From IMG/VR virus record IMGVR_UViG_3300025141_000025, positions 1 through 64,000 of that record: a DNA stretch of 64,000 bases, one strand, 5' to 3'. How positions within the stretch are numbered: the first letter of the stretch is position 1; each line of letters opens with the position of its first letter. This document shows, piece by piece, positions 1-9,053 of the stretch. A program made the position numbers and the translations under genes. The DNA comes from a virus. The notes beneath the pieces were generated by a model. The model did not search any database, was not told where the DNA came from, and was given only the letters and a program-made list of their open reading frames with translations.

Positions 1-1218
1 GGTACCGTACTTGTTGTTGGCCTTGGTAGAAGCTTTAATGTTCTCGATGGTAATCTTGAACTCTCCGGAACCAATGGCACCGTCGGAAAGGGTGTGGAAC
101 TTGAACAGGTCGATGTTCGAAGCACCAAACTTCTGTGATACAACAAATGGCGAGAAAGCCGCGCTGAACCTGTCTTCCCAGTTTTCAAAATTCGGAATAC
201 CGACCGTGGTTGCCCCAGTTGCTGATCCTGCATTTCTTCCTAGCGCTCCTGTCAATAACATTACCGAAGTTTCTAGAGCGGAGGCACCGCCGTGGCCTGC
301 ACCGCCCGAACCAGATCCGGCGGTGATAACACCCGAACCTGTCACAACCGCCATCGTTTTTGCGATGTCAAAGTGCGCGTACAGGTAATGGCCAGCCTCT
401 TCGATTTTTGTAGGATCAGTGTTGAAAACATTCGCAATATAATTTGGCGCCTCAGGATCCAAAGAAGCCGTCAGGGTGTTCTTGTACTGTTTGCTATTTT
501 TCAGACCGTTTAACAACATCACAAACTCATAAGTTGTGGTGTTAATTGATCCAATGGGACTACCTGCGTTGGTCGATGCCGCAAAACTGTTGTAGGCAGC
601 TAAATTCGCCGCTGGTGAGTTGTTATCAGCACCAGTCACTGACGAGCTTAAACCTAGCACAACACCCGACGGAGCCATAAGGACACCTCGAAGAATCGGG
701 TGCGCCATATTTGCAGCGTGACCTAACTGGTGACCTGCATCCGTCAAATATGTTGAGTCTGTGGCGCCTGACATGAAAGCGCAAAGAAAGTGCGTTCGTC
801 CCAGTGGGCCGGCGGCTGCATTCGTCGCACCGGCATAGGCGTTGTCTGCCTGTGTGCCGTTAGAACCCGGAAGCTCCTGTCCCACAACAAAACCTGCATT
901 ATTAACGCGGCCGGCATTAGTTCCTGATTTTCTGGCGGTGCCATCACCGCAACCAAGAACGCGAACATAAGTTCCTGCCTTCGCGTTTCGTAACCATTCT
1001 CGCATTGCGATCGGGCCAAATTTTTGACCATCACTATTTCCGAATGTTGAAATAAAATCCTGGAATGTTGCTACAGTCACAGGAACGAATGCAGGGCCTC
1101 TCACTGCGGTGCCAATTACACCAGCAGGAACGCCTGTTGGTAAAACCTGTGTAGGACTGGAAAGGTCGATCTCTCGGGTCACAACACCCGGGCTAACTGG
1201 AAATGTTAACTCTGCCAT
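1..1218 (-). CDS. gp18: Tail sheath protein, second paralog (5' part; runs off the left edge; absent from the ORF track)
   Basis: Manual translation from ATG at 1218: MAELTFPVSPGVVTREIDLSSPTQVLPTGVPAGVIGTAVRGPAFVPVTVATFQDFISTFG...TYVRVLG, the canonical sheath N-terminus. At the window edge the frame reads FKITIENIKASTKANNNKYGT, matching YKVSIAALKASTNEKQPYGS of the neighbouring sheath. AGGAGA Shine-Dalgarno upstream. Confidence 0.92.
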   Translation of the reverse strand, partial: MAELTFPVSPGVVTREIDLSSPTQVLPTGVPAGVIGTAVRGPAFVPVTVATFQDFISTFGNSDGQKFGPIAMREWLRNAKAGTYVRVLGCGDGTARKSGTNAGRVNNAGFVVGQELPGSNGTQADNAYAGATNAAAGPLGRTHFLCAFMSGATDSTYLTDAGHQLGHAANMAHPILRGVLMAPSGVVLGLSSSVTGADNNSPAANLAAYNSFAASTNAGSPIGSINTTTYEFVMLLNGLKNSKQYKNTLTASLDPEAPNYIANVFNTDPTKIEEAGHYLYAHFDIAKTMAVVTGSGVITAGSGSGGAGHGGASALETSVMLLTGALGRNAGSATGATTVGIPNFENWEDRFSAAFSPFVVSQKFGASNIDLFKFHTLSDGAIGSGEFKITIENIKASTKANNKYGT

Positions 1219-1247
1219 TTTTTCTCCTGCTTATTACTACTTATCAT

Positions 1248-4200
1248 TTACTCAAAGCTCACGCCACTGTTAGTGATGATAAAATCAACGGCAATAAATT
1301 CGACTGCGCGGGTTGGAACCACCTGGATCGTTCCCCGTAGCCTATTTTGCTCAATATCGGCAGTCGTGTTGTTGGTATCATCACAAACAACTTTGAATGC
1401 CTCAATGCCTCTTCCTGCCTGGACCATTGTCAATGACTTAACAGCTTCAGCAACAAACTTTGTGCGTGTGGCTGCGTTGTTCTGCTCAAAGACAAGGTTG
1501 AGGGCAATATTACTAATTCTACGCTTCACTTCAAGAAGCATTCTTCTAACGTTAATTCTGTCAAGCGCTGTTTGCGCAACCTGTAACGTTTTTTGACCAA
1601 AAACAACAAACCCAGCACGTGGGAATGTCGCAATCGGATTAATTTTTGCATCGTATAGATCATCTCGATCGTTTGAACTCAGTCTATTCTCGACGTTAGT
1701 CACAAAATCAAGAGCACCCCTGTTGAAACCGGCCGGTGCAAAGAAAACGTTCTTTGACGACTTGTCATTGAAGGCGATTGCCCCCATGGCTGCAATGGAA
1801 GACGGGACCTCAACAACTCGATTGTTGCGATCATCATTGATGCTGACACCCGGAAAGTAGGTGGCTACATAGTTGTTATCCAGCGCGCGGCTTTCAAACT
1901 GATTAATCGTCTTTGTGACGTCCGACCTATTTGATGAATCTTCATAAAGCCTGGCGGAATCCTTATCGTAGTCCGGAATGTCCATGAGGTACATTGCCAA
2001 GCTATATGATTTTACAGCATCTGAAGCGTGATCAGTCACATACGCATCGCGGGCACCTGGAACAGCCAAAAGGTTGATCTTTGATGTCACCGGGTTGGTA
2101 ATAATATCAATTCCCTTTTGTAAAGAATAAACATTATTATTTCTTCGTCCGGAACCTGCTGCAGAGGCTTCGAGACCAATATCAGGCAATGTCACGTTCT
2201 TGCCGCCGGTGTCAGCGGACAGTGATCGATCCCGGAAATAGAACTGATCTTCATCTAAGAAGTTGACTCCATCATAACCACCGTAGAAAATATTGGTGAA
2301 TTTCGCGAACTCTGTGAATCTGTTGAATGTCGCCGAAGATGTGGCAAGTAATGTTGCCAGAGTAATTCTATCAGCACGTGTTCCGTCAGTTACAGTGTAT
2401 GTCGTTGAATCAGGAAAACCATTTCTTACGTATGCCGTTTCAAGCATATGCTCGGTGGCGTTGCCGGTTACAGCAGTTACCGCAGCCGATAATGTCGTCG
2501 CTGTGTTATACAAGGCAACACGAGCAAGCGTAAACTTGTTGTCATTGAAAGCATCCTGTGCAGTTCCTGTGACCAGCGTGTCTAGCTTTTCAATTCCAAT
2601 CATCTTTGTATATGCTCTTACAAGCGGATTGATTCCAGCACCAACGTTTGCATTACGAACGGCTCCACCAATTCCGTTGACAGAATCTGTAGACGATGAA
2701 ACGGGCATCGGTTCTGACTTGACACCCCAATAAAACCTGCTGTCGACCCTTTCGTCGGAACCAGGATGGCCAAGGAAACTGGCATCCGCCGCTACCTGAC
2801 CGCGTGTCACCTTTACCCTGTAAGGAAGTGGCGGAATAATTGAGCCAGTTGATGTATTCAGGCGACCTAAAGCGGCCTGTCCTAATGTCTCACCGTCATA
2901 TGTAAGCGCTGTGGTGCTGTCCTTGAGGGAGTTGGTCGTTTTGAGGGTTGGAATCCCGCGGAACCCAAATGGCAGCGCCTTTTTTGGTACCTGCCCCTTG
3001 TCAACTGCTTCATTCATCACGATTCGAACCCTAGACGACATGTTCGGATACTTGCCTGTCACCACAAGGCGACGTTCGTTAGGATCTTCCTGGTCGAAAT
3101 CAAATCGAACTTTTTTATCACCGACAATTCTCGCAACGTAACGATCTGAATTCGGATCTAGCGAGCAGTTTGGAAACCTCTCTAAGATTTGTGAGGCGCC
3201 GTCGCTGTCTTCAAAAGACCGCACCTGTACTTCAAATGATCCGTATGGTTGTTTTTCGTTTGTGGAAGCCTTAAGCGCAGCGATCGATACTTTATATTTC
3301 TCGTTAGCGTAGGCACCGTCATCAATACACTCAAAGTGAAACAAGTCAAATTCAGCTTTACCGAATGGCTGCGAAAAGAATTTTGTTGTTTTGGGTGTTT
3401 GGTATCTCGTGTCTAGTCTTCCAAAAAGTTCCTCAAACGTCAAGGTATTAAGGCCGCTGGTGGTAGATGTCCCAGAAGTTCCCGACACAACTGCAACCGT
3501 AGCGCAGTGACCGCCGCTCGCGGCAGCTTCGTTCGCGGCCATTATAGGCGCCAAGTCATGCTCAACAGCAAAATCAGCGTACAGAAGGTGTTGTTCAGCT
3601 TGAAATCGGCGTGGATTGGTATTTAGAACTTTTCCAATGTAAGCGCCGTCGCTGGGATCCAGCGAAGCGGTAAGAATTCTAATGCCTGCCTGATTCTCGT
3701 CAATTCCCCAGGAGGAACCTGCGCTGGAACTTAAAACCAACTTGAAATATTTCTCCTGAGAAAGTGCTGAACCTGCAATGGCACCGACGTCTGCAGCAGT
3801 GCCCTGTTTCGTGACACCAGCACGCAACACAGCGGTTCCAAGGTCACCAAAATCTTGATTGTTACCCAACGCGAACATTCGTGTACCAGATGCCAGTAGT
3901 ACCATACCCCTAACAAGGGCAGGACGCTGCGCAGTCGTAATACTTGAGTTATCAGTAAAAATTGGAAAGCCGGCGGCCTCTTCATCGACGGTATTGTGGA
4001 CCCCAATGATGAAGTTTACCATACCATTTGATGAAGACACCGGCGAGTTGGTATTGTTTGTCATCGATCCGGATATTTTTACGCCGGCGTTGGAAACAAT
4101 TCCTGCTGTCTGGGTGTTACTGATCTGTGTTGTTGTCTCGTTGGCCCCTGCGCCAAGAACACGTACATAAGTGCATGCTGTTCTGTATGCTAGCCACTTT

Positions 4201-4412
4201 TGAACCGCGTATGGACCGAATCTCTTCGGGTCAAGGGTTCCGAACTTGGTTTCAAAATCTGCGAAAGACCCCAAGGTCACAGGCACAAAGGCAGGGCCTT
4301 TTTCCGCTGTACCGACAACACCGGCCGGTATTCCTGTCGCCTGCACTTGGCGGCCTGAAAGGTCGATCTCCTGATCAAAGAACCCGGGTGATCTAAATGT
4401 CTGCTCTGCCAT
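1248..4412 (-). CDS. gp18: Tail sheath protein (1054 aa)
   Basis: N-terminal SPG..EIDLS and GTAEKGP motifs. C-terminal sheath domain FFAPAGFNRG...DDLYDAKINPI...FGQKTL...DRINVRRML...FKVVCDDTNNT...PTRAVEFIAVDF. Confidence 0.96.
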   Translation of the reverse strand: MAEQTFRSPGFFDQEIDLSGRQVQATGIPAGVVGTAEKGPAFVPVTLGSFADFETKFGTLDPKRFGPYAVQKWLAYRTACTYVRVLGAGANETTTQISNTQTAGIVSNAGVKISGSMTNNTNSPVSSSNGMVNFIIGVHNTVDEEAAGFPIFTDNSSITTAQRPALVRGMVLLASGTRMFALGNNQDFGDLGTAVLRAGVTKQGTAADVGAIAGSALSQEKYFKLVLSSSAGSSWGIDENQAGIRILTASLDPSDGAYIGKVLNTNPRRFQAEQHLLYADFAVEHDLAPIMAANEAAASGGHCATVAVVSGTSGTSTTSGLNTLTFEELFGRLDTRYQTPKTTKFFSQPFGKAEFDLFHFECIDDGAYANEKYKVSIAALKASTNEKQPYGSFEVQVRSFEDSDGASQILERFPNCSLDPNSDRYVARIVGDKKVRFDFDQEDPNERRLVVTGKYPNMSSRVRIVMNEAVDKGQVPKKALPFGFRGIPTLKTTNSLKDSTTALTYDGETLGQAALGRLNTSTGSIIPPLPYRVKVTRGQVAADASFLGHPGSDERVDSRFYWGVKSEPMPVSSSTDSVNGIGGAVRNANVGAGINPLVRAYTKMIGIEKLDTLVTGTAQDAFNDNKFTLARVALYNTATTLSAAVTAVTGNATEHMLETAYVRNGFPDSTTYTVTDGTRADRITLATLLATSSATFNRFTEFAKFTNIFYGGYDGVNFLDEDQFYFRDRSLSADTGGKNVTLPDIGLEASAAGSGRRNNNVYSLQKGIDIITNPVTSKINLLAVPGARDAYVTDHASDAVKSYSLAMYLMDIPDYDKDSARLYEDSSNRSDVTKTINQFESRALDNNYVATYFPGVSINDDRNNRVVEVPSSIAAMGAIAFNDKSSKNVFFAPAGFNRGALDFVTNVENRLSSNDRDDLYDAKINPIATFPRAGFVVFGQKTLQVAQTALDRINVRRMLLEVKRRISNIALNLVFEQNNAATRTKFVAEAVKSLTMVQAGRGIEAFKVVCDDTNNTTADIEQNRLRGTIQVVPTRAVEFIAVDFIITNSGVSFE

Positions 4413-4448
4413 GTCTTCTCCTGTTCGTCTTCTAACGAAGCTCCATTG

Positions 4449-4455
4449 TAAGTAT
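4449..4455 (-). promoter_or_regulatory. Putative late promoter element ATACTTA upstream of the sheath genes
   Basis: One of nine intergenic copies of ATA(T/C/G)TTA placed just upstream of late genes. Confidence 0.65.
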
Positions 4456-4518
4456 CTGTAAAAAAGTCGTTTGACTAATCTTGTGCGTCAATTTTTCACA
4501 CAATAAATTTATTTACTA

Positions 4519-5856
4519 CTAAATAATCTCTCGATACACGGTTTCACCATTTCTACTTGTTCTTGTTTTTATGTAAGACCTAGTATCTTCAACGTCTCCT
4601 GTAAACGGATTTTTTTCCTGCACAAGGACAGGTATTCTTTGTGGTGTTCCGCTTCCACCACGCTCACTTGAACCGCTAATAAAATTTGCAGGATACGCCA
4701 CCATGTCATTTGTGGCATCACCAATAAGTGCTGTATCCTCCTGTGTTAAATTATTCACACCTGGTCGACGGGGATCAGTTGCCGATTTCGAATTGCCACC
4801 TGCTATCGCCTGGCCAGGCAGTGGAGAATCTATACTTCTGTCATCTAAAACATAATCTTCTTGATTCGCACTCGGAATATTCGAATTTTTTGTCGGAATT
4901 TGAACATCGCCACTTAAAAAATTCATTTCAAACGTAAGCTGAGGCGCTGACAGTGACGAACGCAACCTACTGGGCGAGCCTGTGTATGTTTCGCCTAATA
5001 AATAGCCAGGAACTTTCATGGTAAATGTAGTTCGAATAATTCTTTCATCATCAGTAAAGTCATCAAAGTTATTGCCCGGATCAAAGTTAGAATCTAAATA
5101 ACCGACAAAAGTATAACCCTTTTTTGTCTCCAAACGAAATGTTCTACCAGAATAACTTTGCATATTTGACATTATTGCCATCATGATATCGTTCATTTGT
5201 TGAACATACTGTGCCCAGACAGTTATTTCATAGGTTGCCGTTATAAATTGTACAGGTGGCAATTCAATAACTTCAAAAATATTATTTTTCAGGTCAGGCT
5301 CTAATAGCCTACCCCTTCTTGCGCCCATTGGAACAAGTGAACCATCTCGTCGTGACGCGACTCGGCCCGGTTTGGCATCCTGGTACGACCTAGAACCTGT
5401 TACAATAAACGCTTCCTTTGTTGGAAGGTCATCTGAACTTACCAGGCCCATCTTATTTATTATTCTTTGATACCTTGGATCCCTCTTAGAAAGCTTTTTC
5501 CTAATCACAAGTGGTGCGTTTTGATTGGATGCTAGGCCCATTTCATTTTGTGCCACAATCGATGATCTCATGATTGACAAAACGGGTAATATCAAGGCAT
5601 TGTTTTTATCACGTAAAGGTTTTTTTCTCGCAATTAGCGCAAACCTTTCTCCAGCGGCAAAAACTACAGGTACACGCTGTGACTCTTTCTTGTATTTGTA
5701 GTGAATCGGCAAGTCTTTATCAAACAAATCAAATACAGACCTGTCCATATCCTCAATCGTACAATTCGGGATCTCTAGGGATGTATCAGAAGCATTTTCA
5801 CGGGAGATTGGTATATCACCCCCTCTTTGCGCTTCAATTGTCTCACGTGTGCTCAT
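4519..5856 (-). CDS. Tail terminator / sheath-stabilising protein, T4 gp15-like
   Basis: VPVVFAAGERF...ILPVLSIMRSSI and YEITVWAQYVQQMNDIM resemble gp15 family motifs. Lies between the gp14-like gene and the sheath. Confidence 0.7.
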   Translation of the reverse strand: MSTRETIEAQRGGDIPISRENASDTSLEIPNCTIEDMDRSVFDLFDKDLPIHYKYKKESQRVPVVFAAGERFALIARKKPLRDKNNALILPVLSIMRSSIVAQNEMGLASNQNAPLVIRKKLSKRDPRYQRIINKMGLVSSDDLPTKEAFIVTGSRSYQDAKPGRVASRRDGSLVPMGARRGRLLEPDLKNNIFEVIELPPVQFITATYEITVWAQYVQQMNDIMMAIMSNMQSYSGRTFRLETKKGYTFVGYLDSNFDPGNNFDDFTDDERIIRTTFTMKVPGYLLGETYTGSPSRLRSSLSAPQLTFEMNFLSGDVQIPTKNSNIPSANQEDYVLDDRSIDSPLPGQAIAGGNSKSATDPRRPGVNNLTQEDTALIGDATNDMVAYPANFISGSSERGGSGTPQRIPVLVQEKNPFTGDVEDTRSYIKTRTSRNGETVYREII

Positions 5857-5859
5857 TTA

Positions 5860-6528
5860 TTAGCTCTCGTCATAAAATGATGATTTAATTCTTGCGGGTT
5901 CATCCGCTCGGGGCGAGACCTCAGCAGGACCTGAAATTGGTTTTTCTAGTGTTCCATTTTCCTGCAATGCCCTAACATCTCCTGTTTTGCCCAGCCTATT
6001 TTCTTCAAACCCTCTTTGTTGGACAAACGTATCCTGTACAGCACCTGGATCCGTGTAACTTTCATCGGTTGGCCCATGAGGTGTCAAATCTATTTGTCCC
6101 ATTCTTGCCTGTTTTCCAAGCAGGTGAATTCCCATTGCATGTTCAATTTGGCCATAAATAGTCGAATCGACTTGTTGTTGAATTATTTCAAAAAAAGTTG
6201 CATCATATGAAAAATAATCGCCAATCCTTACATCTATATTCCTGTCAAGCAAATCACGATTATGAAGATATACATCTATGTCGTAAGTGCCTTCAGTACC
6301 AAACCTATTTGTCGATATCCCCTCAGGTTGATATTCGACCCGGGCTTCTATTTCAACTGGAATGTCGAAAACTTTTTCTGGGGCTTCTTCATATACGTCA
6401 TGTATTTTTGTTACATCAGTTCTAACTGCATAATAATAAATTTTTTGCCCAACAACGTCTTTTATGACTTCTTTATTGATGTCATTGATAAAATCGATTT
6501 CGCGTGGTGATAAAAAAAGACGTGACAT
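5860..6528 (-). CDS. Neck / head-closure protein, T4 gp14-like
   Basis: EVIKDVVGQKIYYY...DVYEEAPEKVF...IEARVEY pattern as in gp14. Synteny gp13-gp14-gp15. Confidence 0.75.
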   Translation of the reverse strand: MSRLFLSPREIDFINDINKEVIKDVVGQKIYYYAVRTDVTKIHDVYEEAPEKVFDIPVEIEARVEYQPEGISTNRFGTEGTYDIDVYLHNRDLLDRNIDVRIGDYFSYDATFFEIIQQQVDSTIYGQIEHAMGIHLLGKQARMGQIDLTPHGPTDESYTDPGAVQDTFVQQRGFEENRLGKTGDVRALQENGTLEKPISGPAEVSPRADEPARIKSSFYDES

Positions 6529-6534
6529 AATTTA

Positions 6535-7704
6535 TTATCCTATAAAAATCGCTTTTCCATTTGGAATAGGAATTTTCTTAAGAATATTTGTTAGACTATC
6601 CGCAGCACCCGCTTCATCTTCCAACATTTTGCTGTATGTCAATTCTTCCAGCATTTCGCCCAATTTATCTTTTAGTGCTCCTTTTTCTTCTCGACCTTGA
6701 GAAATTAAATCCGATCCATTTAATTGCAGGTCGCCGCCTGGAATTGGTACGGAAGAAAACTTACTCCTAATCAATCCAAGTAATTCCTTCGCAAGGGCTA
6801 ACGCGTACTGCCTAACCCATTGCCTCCCAACTGAATTTACATTTTTATAAGTTAAATTTCCAAATGGGACATTCGACATGTTGGAAACACCATAAATTCC
6901 AGGATCATCAATATTAGGGTTCATTGGATCTGGCGAAAATTGTACTCTAATGAACAGGCTCTTTGGATCATCCTGCTTCGGTACTGGGTAAATTCTAATA
7001 TTTTGTCCAATAATCCTGTAAGAATAATTCGATCGACGAACACGGTTTGATAAATCAAGTTGTCCACCTCGTAAAATATCTTCAAACACTGGAAGGACAT
7101 AAAACACTGTCTCAGGGGTAAAAGATTCAAAAGAAAACTCGTTATTCAGGTAATTGATTGCCGAGTTTGTGTCAAAAAACCTATAAGCTGCCTGCGGTGA
7201 GAAATGAAAAACTTCCATGATTTTCATCTTGGAGTTGGAAGTGTTTAAGCTGCTTGAGAATATTAAATTACCGTCGCCATCTTTCAGCGTTTCATAAATG
7301 TTGTAGTCTTGTTGATCTTTAGCAAGCGCTATTGATCCGGATATGGAGTTATAAGAACCTCCTAGCCCAGCTTCCATAGCATAAGGTTCTGCCCTTCTAA
7401 GCATAAACTCTAGGTTTTCTCTTGGAAACTTTTGCTCATATCCTTCAAGCGAACCTGTTGCAAATCCTAGCAAGTTTGCCAATTGTGACTTGATCTGGTA
7501 TTGGTTTATTAGTGAACCATACTCACAGAAAGACTCTTCAAAACATGCCCAAACCTGTTTTTTAGTCAGTTCAACGCTAAGCACATCATCACCTAACTTT
7601 CTTTTAACAAAAGTTACAATGGCGTCTGCTTCAGTTTGAAACTCAGAATCCGAGTCAAAAAAACCAAACGGTGTGGGATTTAAAGTATTTAGAAAGCTAG
7701 TCAT
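6535..7704 (-). CDS. gp13: Neck / head-tail adaptor protein, T4 gp13-like (likely start at 7704, MTSFLN)
   Basis: KRKLGDDVLSVELTKKQVWAC and WVRQYALALAKELLG...IPGGDLQLNGSDLISQGREEK match gp13 motifs. GGAGAG SD precedes the ATG at 7704. Confidence 0.88.
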   Translation of the reverse strand: MTSFLNTLNPTPFGFFDSDSEFQTEADAIVTFVKRKLGDDVLSVELTKKQVWACFEESFCEYGSLINQYQIKSQLANLLGFATGSLEGYEQKFPRENLEFMLRRAEPYAMEAGLGGSYNSISGSIALAKDQQDYNIYETLKDGDGNLIFSSSLNTSNSKMKIMEVFHFSPQAAYRFFDTNSAINYLNNEFSFESFTPETVFYVLPVFEDILRGGQLDLSNRVRRSNYSYRIIGQNIRIYPVPKQDDPKSLFIRVQFSPDPMNPNIDDPGIYGVSNMSNVPFGNLTYKNVNSVGRQWVRQYALALAKELLGLIRSKFSSVPIPGGDLQLNGSDLISQGREEKGALKDKLGEMLEELTYSKMLEDEAGAADSLTNILKKIPIPNGKAIFIG

Positions 7705-7719
7705 CGGTCTCTCCATGAC

Positions 7720-7726
7720 TAAATAT
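7720..7726 (-). promoter_or_regulatory. Putative late promoter element ATATTTA upstream of the neck genes
   Basis: Shared intergenic motif (context GATATTTAG). Confidence 0.65.
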
Positions 7727-7746
7727 CTTGAAGTACAAAAATTTTA

Positions 7747-8073
7747 TCAAATGAACTTTTGTGCGAAAAGGGCAGTTGCCATGAGAAACTGGATAACAGC
7801 AAAAATTGTAATTGCTTTTGTCTTAAATTTTTCTAAATCAGCAACTTGTTCTCGTATTTCTCTCATTTGAGTTGGTGAATGTACCTCGTCAACTTTGTCT
7901 TTCCAAGCTTTGAGTTCATCCACCTTATCCTCTCTCACTTGCATCTTAGCAATTTCTTGCTTTACGCCCTGTAATTCATCTTTGAGATTTTCAATACCGT
8001 CAGAAAGAGTCTCAAGTTCCTTAAGCACGAGCTTTGAATACTCATTCCACCCATTTTGATGATCACTCGCCAT
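7747..8073 (-). CDS. Coiled-coil protein with single C-terminal transmembrane helix (holin/XhlA-like architecture)
   Basis: Heptad-rich N-terminus, hydrophobic C-terminal AITIFAVIQFLMATALFA. TAATG overlap with the upstream PAS gene. Function is inference. Confidence 0.55.
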   Translation of the reverse strand: MASDHQNGWNEYSKLVLKELETLSDGIENLKDELQGVKQEIAKMQVREDKVDELKAWKDKVDEVHSPTQMREIREQVADLEKFKTKAITIFAVIQFLMATALFAQKFI

Positions 8074-8627
8074 TACTCGTCCTCACTTGCTAATAACAAT
8101 TGTCTGAGCCTACTCGAACGTAAGGCTTTTTCAGACTTTTGATGAATTATTTTATAGTCTCCCCTTCTTCCACGGGTTGTGTCCCAAATATCTTCTAAGC
8201 ATGAAAGTATCACAGCGTTTGCTGTCACATCCCATGACACACCGGTAACACCACACATTTGACCATTTTCGTCATAACGGGGAAGAAGTTTTACATAAAA
8301 AACAGATTTTTGTGACCTTGCAAAATAGTCAACTTTCTCGCCAAGGAGTGCCTGTTCGTGCTTTTCTATTGAAAGACTTTTGACATCGGGGCACAGAAAC
8401 ATGTTCTCTAGGCAATCAGCCTCACACGCAACAAACCCGTTGCCCCTTTTTGATAAAATAGTTTTTTCTTGAGAAATAGACCACATTGTAACAGGAATGG
8501 GAAAAGTTTCAAAAAACTCCTCAAAAAGCCGCATATCTTTTTTTAACTGATCGTCTCTATCACTTAATTCATTAACCAGATTATGAAGTCTGGTCATGCC
8601 TTCGCTTCTTGGGGTTTTACATTTCAT
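8073..8627 (-). CDS. Stand-alone PAS/PAC-domain protein
   Basis: Coiled-coil lead-in, then LFEEFFETFPIPVTMW (PAS start), HEQALLGE and the PAC signature VKLLPRYDENGQMCGVTGVSWDVT. Confidence 0.8.
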   Translation of the reverse strand: MKCKTPRSEGMTRLHNLVNELSDRDDQLKKDMRLFEEFFETFPIPVTMWSISQEKTILSKRGNGFVACEADCLENMFLCPDVKSLSIEKHEQALLGEKVDYFARSQKSVFYVKLLPRYDENGQMCGVTGVSWDVTANAVILSCLEDIWDTTRGRRGDYKIIHQKSEKALRSSRLRQLLLASEDE

Positions 8628-8911
8628 TATACTAGATGACGGACTGCTTTTGCTAACTCATCAAACCCTGCATTACTAAGTGCCTTTGTGCCACCAGATT
8701 TCGCGAGGCTGGTCAAGTGAAGTCGATCACCCTTGCTAAGCGTTGGATCTTTCTTTCTAAAAATTCTCATAAGTTCTGCCGTAAGATCTAATTTTTTGGC
8801 GGGTGATTTTGCGCTTGAGGTTTTTCTCTCGGCGGTAGCGGTGTTCTTCGTTACTCTTTTTGATTTTGGTGTTTTTGAAACTGTTGTTTTCTTGTTAGAA
8901 CCAATAGCCAT
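8627..8911 (-). CDS. Small Lys/Thr/Ser-rich basic protein, possibly DNA-binding (likely start MAIGSNKK at 8911)
   Basis: Very basic low-complexity N-half. AAGGAG SD before the ATG at 8911. TAATG overlap with the PAS gene. Confidence 0.6.
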   Translation of the reverse strand: MAIGSNKKTTVSKTPKSKRVTKNTATAERKTSSAKSPAKKLDLTAELMRIFRKKDPTLSKGDRLHLTSLAKSGGTKALSNAGFDELAKAVRHLV

Positions 8912-8945
8912 TTTTATCTCCTTCGTGATTATAAACACGTACTAA

Positions 8946-8952
8946 TAACTAT
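8946..8952 (-). promoter_or_regulatory. Putative late promoter element ATAGTTA for the basic protein/PAS/membrane protein unit
   Basis: Shared motif (GATAGTTAT) located just downstream of the capsid-gene terminator. Confidence 0.55.
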
Positions 8953-8988
8953 CTCATATTGAAAAAATCGTTATTTTCAATAGTGAAA

Positions 8989-9030
8989 TTAAAAAGAAAG
9001 GGCCCTTTCAAAAGAAAGGACCCCTTCCCG
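8989..9030 (-). terminator. Rho-independent terminator after the major capsid gene
   Basis: Minus strand GAAGGGGTCCTTTC-TTTT-GAAAGGGCCCTTTC forms a 14-bp stem (two G-U pairs) followed by a T run. Confidence 0.85.
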
Positions 9031-9053
9031 AACTTTTATATCTTAGCTTACGC

